Source: Podarcis muralis (Eukaryota). Taken from it: a stretch of DNA of 64,000 nucleotides. The notes beneath the pieces were generated by a model that was not told the origin of the DNA, did no database searches, and saw only the letters and a program-made list of their open reading frames with translations. The stretch lies in NCBI RefSeq assembly GCF_964188315.1, contig NC_135656.1, forward strand, positions 66,464,001 through 66,528,000. The letters run 5' to 3'. Position 1 is the stretch's first letter, and every line of letters starts with the position of its first letter. The position numbers and the translations under genes were made by a program. Shown one piece after another: positions 50,297 through 63,508 of this stretch.

Positions 50297-53266
50297 TAGC
50301 TTGGGATCTGAGCTCCCTCACCTCAGTAACCCTTTCCCCAAAATAACCCTTTTCATTGGTTTTCTACTGGTTCATATGATTTTTGTTCACCCACTGACAG
50401 TGCTGAGTGAATGTGCATCATCATATCGACTTCTAAGAACTGTAGTTTGGTTTCACCAGACTTTATCCATTGTACAGCATCTGTTACAGTGAAAAACCAT
50501 CTAGGAATCTACACCCCCTTCCCACCCCACAAACCAACCAGTAATGAGAGAGGGTTTTAGATCTAGATGGGGAAGGGGACAAGAAACAAGAGGATCATCT
50601 GACCTAAGCAGAGATGATATGAAACAAAAGGCTGCTTGGTTGGGTTATCCAGTCAATGAAAGTCAAGTCTCACTAAAAGTAATGCTTTGTAGGTGCATGA
50701 TTGTGCATGAACCTACAAGGTAGTTGGCTTTGGGCGAATGGTGTATTCTAAGTATACCCAGAATCTTATTTGGTATTCTGAGCTGGGGAAGATCTTTGCA
50801 GAGAAATGGCACTCTGTTTGTAATACAGCCAAGCACTAGGGACCGAACCAATTCATATTCCAAACCAGGTAATTACAATATTCAGGAATATCACTATAAA
50901 CAAATTGGTGCTCAGTTGCTGAAATACGTGTCTGAGTGAAAATACTGTTTGTCGAACACACATGAGAAGGGAAAACTTTCTCCTACATACACCAACACAG
51001 TCAACTGGACTTGGCATATCACAGTGCAATATGAAATTATCACTTCAGACACAAGTTTCAAGGAGGTGCCATTTTCCTGCCTCCCACCTTCTGTGTGTTG
51101 TAAAAAAAGACATTTTTTGTGACTTTCAGTCAAGATCTGAAAAACAAAAGGTGTGCGTGTCATTTAGACTTTTTTTTGCTTTGGGTGCAAAATGTCTAAG
51201 GCCAATGTCTGCACATACAACACAGGCTGCCCTTTTGTCAATAGCAGTCAGTGGGGTGGCATGGGCAGGGCAGAGATGCTCACCTGGCTTCCGAATGTGG
51301 CACATCACTGCCAATCAAGGAAGGGGTCAGAGTGTAGTAATTGCTCCTAAACCTGAAACACAGCTATGCCCTCTTCTGATCTAGACTGGATTGGCTTGGA
51401 GGCATGAGAAGCGGGAAGGAGGGAGTTGGCTATTCTCACTACTTTCTTGATGAAAATATGATCCGCAAAGGTATTATTTGCCACCCAAAAGAAGCTGCTA
51501 TTTGTGCTCATACCCATGCCACAAATCCAGTCTGGATGTGGAGGGGAGCACATAGCTGCTGTTTAATATATTGTGTAGTTTGACCCAGATATCAGGGGGA
51601 ATGCTCAATCAAGGTAACAGTTCATCCACATGAATGTGGGGTTTTCTTGGGGGGGGGGGTGTACCAAGAGCAGTTTTAGAAGGAAAATTTAATCAGGAAG
51701 GGAAAGGTTTAAATCATGATATCTACGTGCATGAATCCAGATTCTACAACTATGCACTTAAAGTTATCGTGCAGTTAGAGCCTTTGAGCTACCATAATAG
51801 TTTCTTTAAAGTGAATAGTCAATTAATAAGTTCAAGGCAATACTAAATTGGACTTGGCTGATGTGTCACTAATCCCAAGGGGATTAAAATAATTTTTAAA
51901 AGAAGCATATCAGGTACTTTTTGGCACACTCACACTAGCCTAACAGGATTTGGATTAATGCACCACAAGCGAGAATCATTGAAAATTGAATTGATTCAGG
52001 GGGGGAAATTGTTCCTCTACAACAATGCAGAACTGTGAAAGTCAACCATAAGAAACAGAGAGCATACCTAATGGTGTAAAGCAGGGATCACTCCTGATTA
52101 TTAGCCATGGAGACAGAGGCTGATGAGAGCTGGAGTCCAACAATACATGGAGGGCTAGAGGCTCCACATCCCTGTTCTAATGAAACCCAACAACTGGCTT
52201 ATCTTAGAAGTCTTCCGAAGCACCATGTAACCCTTTCTGACCATCACTTTCCACAACAAGAAATGTCATTCTAACCTATTATTTTGCCCAATGTTAGTCA
52301 CAAATTGTGTATCAAAAGAGCTGTATCTCATGAAAAGCTTTTAGACCCCACACCTGAAATAGCAAAAGAGTGAAGCAGTCACTAACAAACTTCACTTGTT
52401 AAAGGGAAGGCTAGAAACAACACAAAAATAAATAAAGACATTTACATGTAATGCACTCGAACAACATTTCCTTCTCCACAATGCGACAAGCAGTTCACAA
52501 GAACCAATATACTTGGATGTCCCAGCATCTGAAACAATTTTTCAAGTATATCCAACTAGGTGCCAACCTGTAACATCCCTTTGCATTGAGCTGGAAACTA
52601 GATATTTCATTTACTCTTTCCTACTGCTACTCAGCTGGTGCTCCTTATTGATATTTGCAGAGGACTAAAACGACAAATGCAGTATCTAAATTGCCTTATT
52701 CCCCACACATGGAAATTCCAAAACAATATTAATGTAATTAGAATAGATTGTGCAGCCTGCAGTGACTCTTGCTTGCATTTGTCACTCTGCTTCATCTGTG
52801 ATAAATCACTGTATCCGAGTAGGGAATTTTCGGTCTCATTTCACCAATGAACAACAGAGTGCCGCCACGTGACTGGAGTCTGAATTTCAGTTCTAGCTGG
52901 CGCACAGTTGAGTCAAATAGCATTTGGCACAATGCAGAGTAGAAGCGAGTCACTAAATGGCTGATTTACTAAATTATTATTGGATGAGCCTTTGCAGTTC
53001 CAACGGAAAGTGCGTCTCTTCATGGTGTGTTCAAATTGTTCTGTGTTTAAATATTCAGCATGAGGCTAATGTGAACTGATGAAGTGAGACTACAAACATT
53101 CACTTTCAATATAGGCAGAGAGACAGAGATGCAACATATCATGTGGCCTGCAGAGGTGAAAATGATTTATATTTAAGGATGCTGCTGCTTGCTTCTAGTA
53201 CTTTAAGGTGCTCTTAATTAGTCTGGTGTTGGAATGAGCAAATTTAGGACACAGGGAAGGACACAC

Positions 53267-53267
<1 letters not shown>

Positions 53268-53328
<61 letters not shown>
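53268..53328. repeat. (GA)n microsatellite, imperfect
   Basis: Seen directly. Confidence 0.95.
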
Positions 53329-53329
<1 letters not shown>

Positions 53330-54308
53330 TTAACTAGGCTTCTTTAAAGCTACAAAATTCCAATAAGATCTGCTTCAAAGTCCATTTTTAGCCAAAGATT
53401 TTCTGCCTGAATTTTTCTCATGCAAAAAAAAAAAAAAAAAAGACTCTCCTTCCAAGCAAATCCAAAGGTGCAGTCAACAAACATGTTTGAAATATAACTC
53501 TGGTTTGTAATTATATGACTTATGCAAGGGTGGGGGGGGGAAGAGATAATTTCTTTACTGCCACCTGCTGGATCTGGCAATAACCCTTTGTCACACTAAA
53601 AGAACAAGCATCCTCACTTTAGAGGACAGATACAGCAAACATTTAAAATACTGTGATCCGAGATACTTACAGTAGATTAGAATTTTTTATTGGTACTGTG
53701 TTGCCATAACAACATAAACGCAGCAGATGACTTAAGCTAAGCTTGCAAAGCAAAAGGCTGCTCATCTGGCAGTTAAAATGAATACAGTTCACTTCACAAG
53801 TTCCCCATATGGACCCTTAGTGTATGGTAATGAGGATACCATATGGTGAGAAAGAAATGCAGAGAGAACAATTGTGCTCCACTGGATGGGTGAACTGGGT
53901 AGGAAGTTATGAGAAAACACAGGAGAGAGATTTGTCTGTGTGCTCTCTAGCTCAAGGGTTCTTTCAGAAGGGGATTCCTCTAGTCTTCCCTTAATCCACT
54001 TCTTAATGCGTACATGTACGGATGTGACAAAGAAGCATATTGAACATTTTGCGACATCATTCATCATAAACTGTCAGCGGTGTTTACAAATCAGCCCCGG
54101 ATGATCTTATACATCAGTAATTCTTAAAAGGTAACCGTGATAAGGTTTAAGACAAAGTGCAGGGAAATTTAAGCACTCCTGACAAGCAGAAACATTAGTG
54201 GTAATCATTTTAGAAATGCTTGCATCTTTTCTGCATGCATGTTTGGCTGTAAATAATGCTGGAATGTATAACAGCTCTTCAAAAGGTAGGTGGGAAAGCG
54301 AAACAAAT

Positions 54309-54348
<40 letters not shown>

Positions 54349-57300
54349 CCCCCCTCCAAAAGATAAAACAAGTAATTGATTAGAATCACAAAGAAGAATT
54401 TGTCACAAACACAACCACATCCGCACCGTACAGAATGTAGGACTAACCAGATCCTCAACCTGGTAAGACAGCTTGCTTAAGGCTGCAAAGTCAATTTTGT
54501 ACTACACATGCTTCATAAAAGATGAATATAAATGCATTAGTTAGACACGGTGAGCTAAATTAGAAGGTCAGGCAGGGCTGGAAGGCCTGAAAAATCACAC
54601 AACCAATGACTGTAATTACTCTTTTTTTAAGTCTATTAAGTGGTGTTGTTCTATCAAGGCTCAGGGGTATAAGACATGAAGTACAAGATAAAGTAATGTG
54701 TATTTATTACTCCCACAGGATCAATTTACTAGATATTTTCAGCTCCACGGAGCAAAATACACAAATGCAGCATTTGTTGCTTTCTTCAAAACTGTGGCAT
54801 ATACTTTTTGCCCCAAAGCACTGCTGCTCCTAGAATAAAAAAGAATTGGTTATAGGGGTAGGGGCTTTTCATTTGTTCCACCATCTCACTGTGTACATGT
54901 GTGTATTGGCATATATAAGGATTTTAAAATCAATACAGTCATGTAGCCAGTTCAGTCAAGGGGAAGGGCCATGTGAAAGGTCCTAGGTTGAATCCCCAGC
55001 ATCAGGAATAAGGAAACTGTAGCCATTCAGATGCTGTTGGGTTACAACTTCCAGCATGCCAGATTATTGGCTATGCCTGTTGGGACTAATGGGTGTTTCA
55101 ATCCACCAGCATCTGTAGGACCACAGGTTCCCTGGCCCAAATCTCCAAGTATGGCTAGGATATCCTGCTGAGACCCTGGAGAGCTCCTGGCATTAAGGGT
55201 AGGCAATACTGTGACATTGGCTAGATGGACTTGGGATAAGGCACCTTCCTATGTTTCAATATTTGGCCAAATTGCTTAAGTGACATGGTTTAAACATCAC
55301 ATCACTCTTTCATATGTCGGTGCTCAAGCTGGCCGTAAAGTTCAGCTATATCCCTTGGAAAGTTTCTGTGTCCTTGTAGGTGGCTTGTGCTGCTATGGAG
55401 ATCATGCCTGCGACTGGGCCAAGCCACTGGGATAAGCATTAAGAAAACATTACAGCCAACTGCATGGGGCACTAGAATCATGTTTCAGTTGCTTCAACTA
55501 GGCTGACAAAGCACACGCAAAAAAATGAAAAGTGTCTTCCACCTTCAGGAAAACATTGCAAAGGCACAGATTAATATAGCAAAAGGATCCATGTCGTTCT
55601 TCCTATTCCTTATATATTAAAGTTTTGCCATGGATTCTAAATTACACCATCTGCTCTAATCGTTTGCTGAGTAAACACTGACCCACTTAGAAAATGCACT
55701 GGAATGTATACATATTTCTGCTGACCTTCAGAAAGAAAAGAGCTGCTTCCCAGCAATTTGTATATGACTCTGCCCTTCAGCTGTCAGAGTGTCACTGTTT
55801 GGGAGTAATCCCCGATTTTGGACTTTATACACTACCAAAACTAACCACTGATGACTGCCTGGTCTCAGTGTGATGACAACTGCAGTCACCCAAGAGAATA
55901 CAGTTGACATTTAGGAATTTCTTCCCATACCCTTGCCAATTAGTGAATCATCAAATTTTGAATTTGAGTATATGTTCCTCCTCCTTTACATCACTGTGGA
56001 AGTTAAATTGAGAAAGGAAGATGTTTCAAAGGCCATATTAGGGGTATGAAAGAAAACAAGTAGGAACAAGGGTGAAACTGGGTAAGAATCCACTGATTCT
56101 GAGTAACTGCATTTGTGGCGTTTAAAACTACATTTTAGGTGTAGTGCCTCATCTTGGCCCCATGCTGTGGTCCTGATCCAGGCCAGATCTTCTTAAAATT
56201 TTAGTCACTAGAAAGACATATGACCACACACACTCCAGCTTCTAGGAAGAACTAAACTGACTCCTCCTACTGACAGTCAGCTATTTTAAATGGCAATCTT
56301 CTAATGTCAACCAACTATTTTTATTTAATGGCAACCTAAAATATCAATACTGTGTCAACATTGAATTATTTAGAAATCAACCACTCTCTAAATCTTAGAC
56401 CATATTACCTGTAATGAAGTGACCAAAACTCTAACAAAAAACTATACAGCCATGCTTTCTCCTAGAACTTACTCACAACATCTGCTATCTTTATTCCGCA
56501 GCCAACAAATGAGAGGGATTCAGCCATTAGTGTCAAAAGTGCAGAAGGAGACAGGTGCCCACCTGTGCTGCATTCTATAAATGAGTCTTGAACTTCAAAT
56601 CCAACTTCAAATTCTTAATGTGTGCTAATTGTAGACATACAAACAGAAGGGCATGTTTATTTGCTCATGGATTTCTTTAAACCATGGAGCCACTGTCAAC
56701 TATAACCCCATTTAGGTTTCATGGGAAATGCTGCAAAACATTGTTTCACTTTATTTAGCCACAAGAAAATATTATACTAAGGCACAATAAGCTTAGACCC
56801 TCAGTGTACTGGTCTATGCTTTTGTCATTTCCATGTTTACTGGAAAGATTTAAGTGTCTTTTGGCGTTTGGTGGGGTTTTTTTGTTTTTGTTTTTTGCCA
56901 AAGCAGTTTTCCAGTCACAATCCAGATTCTTGGTATTCAGATGTTCTGCGTAATCAAATGCCACATAGTGTTTACCTTGTGAACCTAAAACTACACATAT
57001 GCCACCCCCCGTATACAACTGCATAGATGTGTAGGCAACATTTCATGGGTGAGGTGGCCTTAGCTGCTGAGTACACTAAAACTTGAAAATTACAGACCCT
57101 GCTATGAAGCTGGTCAAGAGCCCTGAAGCTGCACTCAGAGGCATATCTCAAAAGCAATCATTGTAAGGAAAACCAAATGAACAGCCCATTACCCCTTCAA
57201 TAAGCCCTTTGGAATTTACAACAAATAGCTGGACACATTTGAAGCAGGCCACTTTTTTTAAAAAAAAAAAGCTGGTGAATTAGTGGACATTAAATAGTCA

Positions 57301-57790
57301 ATATTAAGACTGAGGACAGATGGTTTATTTCTCAAAGGTTGCAATGGTGGTGTGTTTGTTGAGCCTCTGGGTTGTATTTCTGAGGTAGCAGTGCATATGC
57401 AGAATGAGGCATGTCATCTGGGATGAGGAATGCATGAAGTTACCACACTCCTGTTCTCAAGCGCTTACCAGCAGTTCTGTACAGAGCCTAGGCATGTAGA
57501 AGCATGCAGGCTCTGCTGGTGTGCTATTTACCTTGCAGAACTGCAGTATATAGATTGGATGTATAGAGTCTATACACATACAGCTTGTACGTGGCGCAGA
57601 CCCTGTGCACTGGGTCCTGGTCCCTGCATGGAGACTGAAGAGGGGCAGCTGGTGTAATCCAACTTCCCCTCTCCATACATTGATCCTACATGACAATGAT
57701 CTGGACAGTACCAAAAGTCTCTTCTAAAACAAAATCAAAATGCTGTTACCGACTTAGGCGTCGAAAGACACAAACACACAGTCACAATCA

Positions 57791-58036
<246 letters not shown>

Positions 58037-58964
58037 TCAAATCAGCGATGACTGTGAAGCTGTGGTTCAAACACTGTTTGAGGTGAGATGCGAGGCTTTG
58101 GTTGAGTATCTGTGAAAAGGTGGCAGCAAGTTTTGCTCTCTATAAACAGCTTTTGAGCAAGAAACAATTATAATCTGTGATGCAATTCATTTTTTTAAAT
58201 GCTTTGTACCCTGCTTTTCAAGTTTTCCATTATTATGTTGTTAGATGGAATCCTTTTTGAGTGTGGATTTAAAAAAAAAAGCAGAAGGAAAAGTCTCTTG
58301 TGCTTCCAGACAAACAAAATTATGTATATTTTCCTTGTGAAATACATGATGTGCTTTTAGGAAGAGAAATCCAATCGCTGAATCCTAAAACCACTATTGG
58401 TTCATGCAAAGTTCTCAAGAAATTAACCACAAGGAGAGCCCTTAGGGTAGAAACAAACAAACAAACAAACAAACAAACAAATGCTATTGCATAGTTGTGT
58501 GCCAGGCAGAGTGAAGCAGGGTGTGAGAGAATATGGGTGAAAAAGGGACAACCATTTTAGTGATTACAACACACTGGGGTTTGGCATAGCATAGGGCAAG
58601 GATCCATCAAATGGATGCCCTGCCCTGCCCTGCCCTGCCCTGCCCCACCTGCTACGTTACCAGAATAGGTTGCTGGGGGAAGTTCCCATCTCAGTGTATA
58701 CTGGAGCAGTACCCCTGCCCCCGGTAACCTGGAAGTGTGGCATCTGGCCCTCCAGGGCCACCCAACATAGGGCCAAGGGCCTTATTACGCCAGCTCAGGA
58801 CCACTGCTGCCCTCTGGCTCAATGCCACCAGTGTGCCACTGCTCTGTTTGAACTGTGTCTACACCATTGCTGGCTCATCCCCACCTCTCTCCATCTTTGT
58901 ATGCATCAGCATCTCAGAAGGAAGGAGGTCAGGTGAGCGACACAACCCCACCGCACCAAACATC

Positions 58965-59580
58965 CACTGTTGGGGGTCATTCTCTGCGCACCACCCAAAG
59001 GGTCATGGCAACACGAGACAGGGCCTTCTCAGTGGCTGCACCAATACTGCGTAACCGCTTGACCTGTAGGTGGCTGTCTCTCTGGTCACCTTTTACCAGT
59101 TGATAAGTTCGAAAGCACGTCAAGTGCAAGTAGATAAATAGGTACCACTTGGGCAGGAAGGTAAACGGCATTTCTGTGCGCTGCTCTGGTTCGCCAGAAG
59201 CGGCTTAGTCATGCTGGCCACATGACCCAGAAGCTGTCTGCGGACAAACGCCGGCTCCCTCAGCCTATAGAGAGAGATGAGCGCACAACCCCAGAGTCGT
59301 CCGCAACTGGACCTAACGGTCAGGGGTACCTTTACCTTTAAGGACATTTTTATTGCAGCAGGCTTTTACCCGCTGTTTTATTTGAGGTTACGCTTAATCT
59401 GTGGTCTGTCCCTTTTGTTATATTTTTATTGTTATGTTTTTGAAGTATATTTATTGTTGGTTTTTTTTCAATTATTTTCTATGACATTGCAATTTTTGTT
59501 TGTGGTAAGCTACCCTGTTCATAGTTCATAGGCACTAGAATGGTGAGAAAAATATTTCTATCTCTTTATAAATAAATAAT
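58965..59580 (+). mobile_element. Older L2 3' fragment interrupted by a Sauria SINE
   Basis: ORF 58855..59103 contains TRDRAFSVAAPILRN; the L2-like sequence resumes at 59341 (aggacatttttattgcagcaggctttt). Confidence 0.6.
59106..59340 (-). mobile_element. Sauria SINE (lacertid type), 5' portion only
   Basis: taaaggtaaaggtacccctgacc...gtcatgtggccagcatgactaagccgcttctggcgaaccagagcagcgcac...gtacctatttatctacttgcac...tttcgaact. Confidence 0.88.
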
Positions 59581-61640
59581 AGACAAATGCACAGCTTTGA
59601 AGACCAGCCTTGCTATTATTCAAGTTGGAGATAAAATAAATCTCTTGCAATTATTCTGGTGAAATTCCGGGCTAACTTGTTACTTTGTATAGGTGAATAA
59701 ATGGATTCATTTATAGACTCTTTTTTGCCATTGTTTTTAATGAGAGATGGATTGAATGCAACCTCTTCTACCATACATAAAATACGTTCCTTCATTCCCC
59801 AATGTCCTTCTATAAAATGTTTTTTTTCCCCACAGATGGAAAAAAATATCAATACAATTTTCTTTTTTTAAAAAAAACTTTTAGTCTAACAGTCAGTATT
59901 TGTATTCTTGACATCCATCTATACATTAAAAACAAAGTTAGCACATACTGTAGTTAAAATGCATTCCCATTACCCTAAATTTCAAAAGTACACTGAAAGT
60001 ACTACCAACTTTAAAAACTGTATTAAATTCAAATAGGTCCCAAGGCTAATGGAAGCAATTTGTGTACCAACCCAAACTGACTGGCCTACTTTTCAAAATA
60101 CAGGTATGATAATCTCATGGTTTTAAAAGGACATTTAAATTGAAATACTGTGAATATAGTACATAATTATACCAATAGCACCCTTTAACTTGTCAGCTTG
60201 TAAATCTAAAAGGCTATCAATCATTTCTAAAGAGGAAATAAACCTTAAAATTCTTTGATTGACTGTGCTTACTTTTTATGGTGTTTTTTTTTAAAAAAGA
60301 GATAGAGAAAGAAGGAAAAAATGGATTAAAGTGGCCAGAAATCCATTTACAAAAGTACATTGTTTTACATAGGTGAGTAAAAAGCCAATAATTACATCTC
60401 CAAAAGACATCTAAATCAAAGTAAGTACTTTCACCTCACTTATGTATTTTAAGTTGCGTGGAACTTCAGGCAACTTTTTTATTAAAATACTTTTAAAAAT
60501 GCAATGCTTATTGAAGTAGCTAATAGAATAGCATTTTCATTTAAGTTAATGTAATCATTTTTGCAAATATGAGATTTAAGCCATTTTCTCCTATCTAAAC
60601 AGTAAACTTTCAACCTGTCTCTTGTGTGAATTAACTAAAATTACACCCAGGTGTACAAAATCTGTCATCTATGCTAGTGTATGAGTTAAGGCACAATATT
60701 TATTATTCTTTCCATTTTATGAATTACTACTTAAACCCTTGAGGAAGAACTTTCTTTCAGATTAGACTTGAAGAGTGGAAGCCTTGGAAGCTGTTTATGC
60801 AGCCTTTTTGAAGCAGTAACTCGTAAAATCCAACACACTTAACAGAAAAATGTAAAATCAGAGCTTGAGGTGAAATTATTTTAATGTTTCCAAAACTGTA
60901 ACTTAATTTGTCATCCATCTTGCTTTAATAGCCTTAAGAAAAAATGTGTCTTCTGAACTAAATAAATTGATAACCCTTATAAATATACAAAGAAAATACA
61001 AGCTTTTGGATCTTCTATTTTGTTTCAAAATCAGAATTAAAAGGAGTGTCTTTTTTTTTTAATAATTCACATAATGAGCTCCTGCTGTAACAATAAAGCT
61101 TTTGTATGTTAATTGAAAGACCGTCTGATATACAGAAGGGTGGAATCTGTATCTCCAGCCAGGCTGCCAACTTACAGCACAATGATCAACACTTAATATC
61201 AGCAATTAAAAGAACCTGTTCAAATATCATGTGGAACTGATAGCTTAGGGTAGTCTTGGGAAACCTGTTCAGATGCAGTGGGGAATAATTGAATTAGACA
61301 CATTATAATGTTATTATCTGAGGAAAAATAAATATACTACATAGAAGCATAGTGGAGATACCTCAAACCCCAAGACGAAGGACAAAGCTTGGGGTTTTGT
61401 TTCACATGCAACAATGGTTTCATTTATTTATCTCTTTCTCTCCCTTCTGCTGCTTCTCATACATTTTTCTCTATTATTTTAGTTCAACCCCTCTCCATCC
61501 ATCCAACTGCTTTAAAATACTTACAAAAATTGTCTCTAAACATCAAGCATTTGAATTATACAACTAGCACTGTGGTGCCAGAAAGCCTCTTCTTTTTCCC
61601 CCTCCAAACATGCCCCCCTCCCAGTTATATTTTGAGATTA

Positions 61641-63022
61641 CAGTGGTACCCCGCAAGACGAACGCGTCGCGAGACGAAAAACTCGCAAAACGAAAGGTTT
61701 TTTCGTTTTCGAGTTGCCTCGCAAGACGAATTTCCCTATGGGCTTGCTTCGCAAAACGAAGCTTGCCCAGGGGACAGCGGGTCTTCTCTTTAGAAGCAAG
61801 GGGCGGCGGGGAGAAGCGATCTTCTCCCCGCAGCCCCAGGTCCGGGGACAGCGGGAAGCGCTTCCCGCTGCCCCCAGACCTCTTTTGAAGCAAGGGGCTG
61901 CGGGGAGATCGCTTCTCCCGGTGCTCCGAAGCCGGGCGGGGGGGAGGGAACACCTGCCCCAGCCGCCCCGCTTCGGAACGCTGCTCCGAAGCAGGGCGGG
62001 GGGCGGGAACACCTGCCCCAGCCGCCCCGCTTCGGAACGCTGCCCCGAAGCGGGGCGGGGGGGCGGGAACACCTGCCCCAGCCGCCCCGCTTCGGAACGC
62101 TGCCCCGAAGTGGGGCGGGGGGGCGGGAACACCTGCCCCAGCCGCCCCGCTTCGGAACGCTGCCCCGAAGCGGGGCGGGGGGGGCGGGAACACCTGCCCC
62201 CGCCGCCCCGCTTCGGAACGCTGCCCCGAAGCGGGGCGGGGGGGCGGGAACACCTGCCCCAGCCGCCCCACTTCGGAACGCTGCCCCGAAGCGGGGCGGG
62301 GGGGCGGGAACACCTGCCCCAGCCGCCCCGCTTCGGAACGCTGCCCCGAAGTGGGGCGGGGGGGCGGGAACACCTGCCCCAGCCGCCCCGCTTCGGAACG
62401 CTGCTCCGAAGCGGGGCGGGGGGGCGGGAACCTCTCACCCCGCCGCCGGGAATCGGAACGAGGTCCTGGACCTCTTCTGAAGGCAGGCGGGGGCAAAAGT
62501 CTTTGCTCCCCCCGCCTGCCTTCCCGGGACAGCGGAGACTTCTCTGCTGCCCCGGGCGATCTTAAAATGCTGGCGGGCGGGAGCAAAGCGTTCGCTGCCG
62601 ACCCCCAGCATTTTAAAATCTCCTCGGGGCAGCGGAGACTTCGCTCCCGCCCGCCAGCATTTTAAAATCGCCCCGGGACAGCAGGGGCTTTTAAAATGCT
62701 GGCGGTCGGCAGCAAAGCCCTCCTGTCCCCGGAGCTTGCGGGGCGGGAGGTGGGAAGAAGGGCTTTTCTTCCCACCGCCAGCCTTCAGAACAGCCTTCTG
62801 AAGGCTGGCAGTGGGAAGAAAAGCCCTTGTCCCCCCCCCCCAGCCTTCAGAAGAGGTCGGGGGACAGACTGTCCCCGGACCTGGTCTGAAGGCGGTTTCC
62901 CTAGGAACGCATTAATTGATTTTCAATGCATTCCTATGGGAAACCGTGCATCGCAAGACGAAAAAACCGCAAGACGAAGAGACTTGCGGAACGAATTAAT
63001 TTCGTCTTGCGAGGCACCACTG
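61641..63022. mobile_element. Tigger/pogo-like non-autonomous element (1382 bp) with GC-rich interior
   Basis: TA|CAGTGGTACCCCGCAAGACGAA ... TTCGTCTTGCGAGGCACCACTG|TA; subterminal GCAARACGAA repeats at both ends; no transposase. Confidence 0.9.
61923..62460. repeat. 60-bp GC-rich minisatellite, ~8.5 units
   Basis: Unit tgccccgaagcggggcgggggggcgggaacacctgccccagccgccccgcttcggaacgc; lines 62041 and 62101 are almost identical at a 60-bp period. Confidence 0.95.
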
Positions 63023-63094
63023 TAATCCTTCTCAAGGAATAAGACTGTAACTCTGGAACTTATAAAATGTTTTCAAACCATGACATAAGCATAG

Positions 63095-63098
<4 letters not shown>

Positions 63099-63177
<79 letters not shown>

Positions 63178-63508
63178 CTATTGTTTATACCCCGCCCATC
63201 TGGTTGGGTTTCCCCAGCCACTCTGAGCGGCTTCCAACAAAATATTAAAATACAATAGTCTGTCAGACATTAAAAGCTTCCCTAAACAGGGCTGCCTTCA
63301 GATGTCTTCTAAAAGTCTGGTAGTTGTTCTTCTCTTGGTAGGGCATTCCACAGGGCAGGTGTGACTACCGAGAAGGCCCTCTGCCTGGTTCCCTGTAACT
63401 TTGCTTCTGGCAGTGAAGGAACCGCCAGAAGGCCCTTGGCACTGGACCTCAGTGTCCAGGCAGAACGATGGGGGTGGAGACGCTCCTTCAGGTATACTGG
63501 ACCGAGGC
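63099..63508 (-). mobile_element. L2 LINE 3' end, same family as the 49936-50296 copy, with (GAT)11(AAT)14 tail region
   Basis: ORF 63309..63572 contains QGTRQRAFSVVTPALWNALP; the 3'UTR is nearly colinear with the 50-kb copy. Confidence 0.85.

Noticed and set aside
61923-62460. CRISPR-like or RNA-gene-like array of hairpin repeats
   Set aside because: Units are contiguous with no unique spacers, sit inside a eukaryotic transposon, and have no Pol III boxes; this is a minisatellite.
61564-62586. Long ORFs of 340, 283 and 266 aa across the GC-rich repeat
   Set aside because: The 60-bp unit is a multiple of 3 and stop-free, so several frames on both strands stay open; the peptides are repetitive Pro/Arg/Gly with no domain and no transposase motif.
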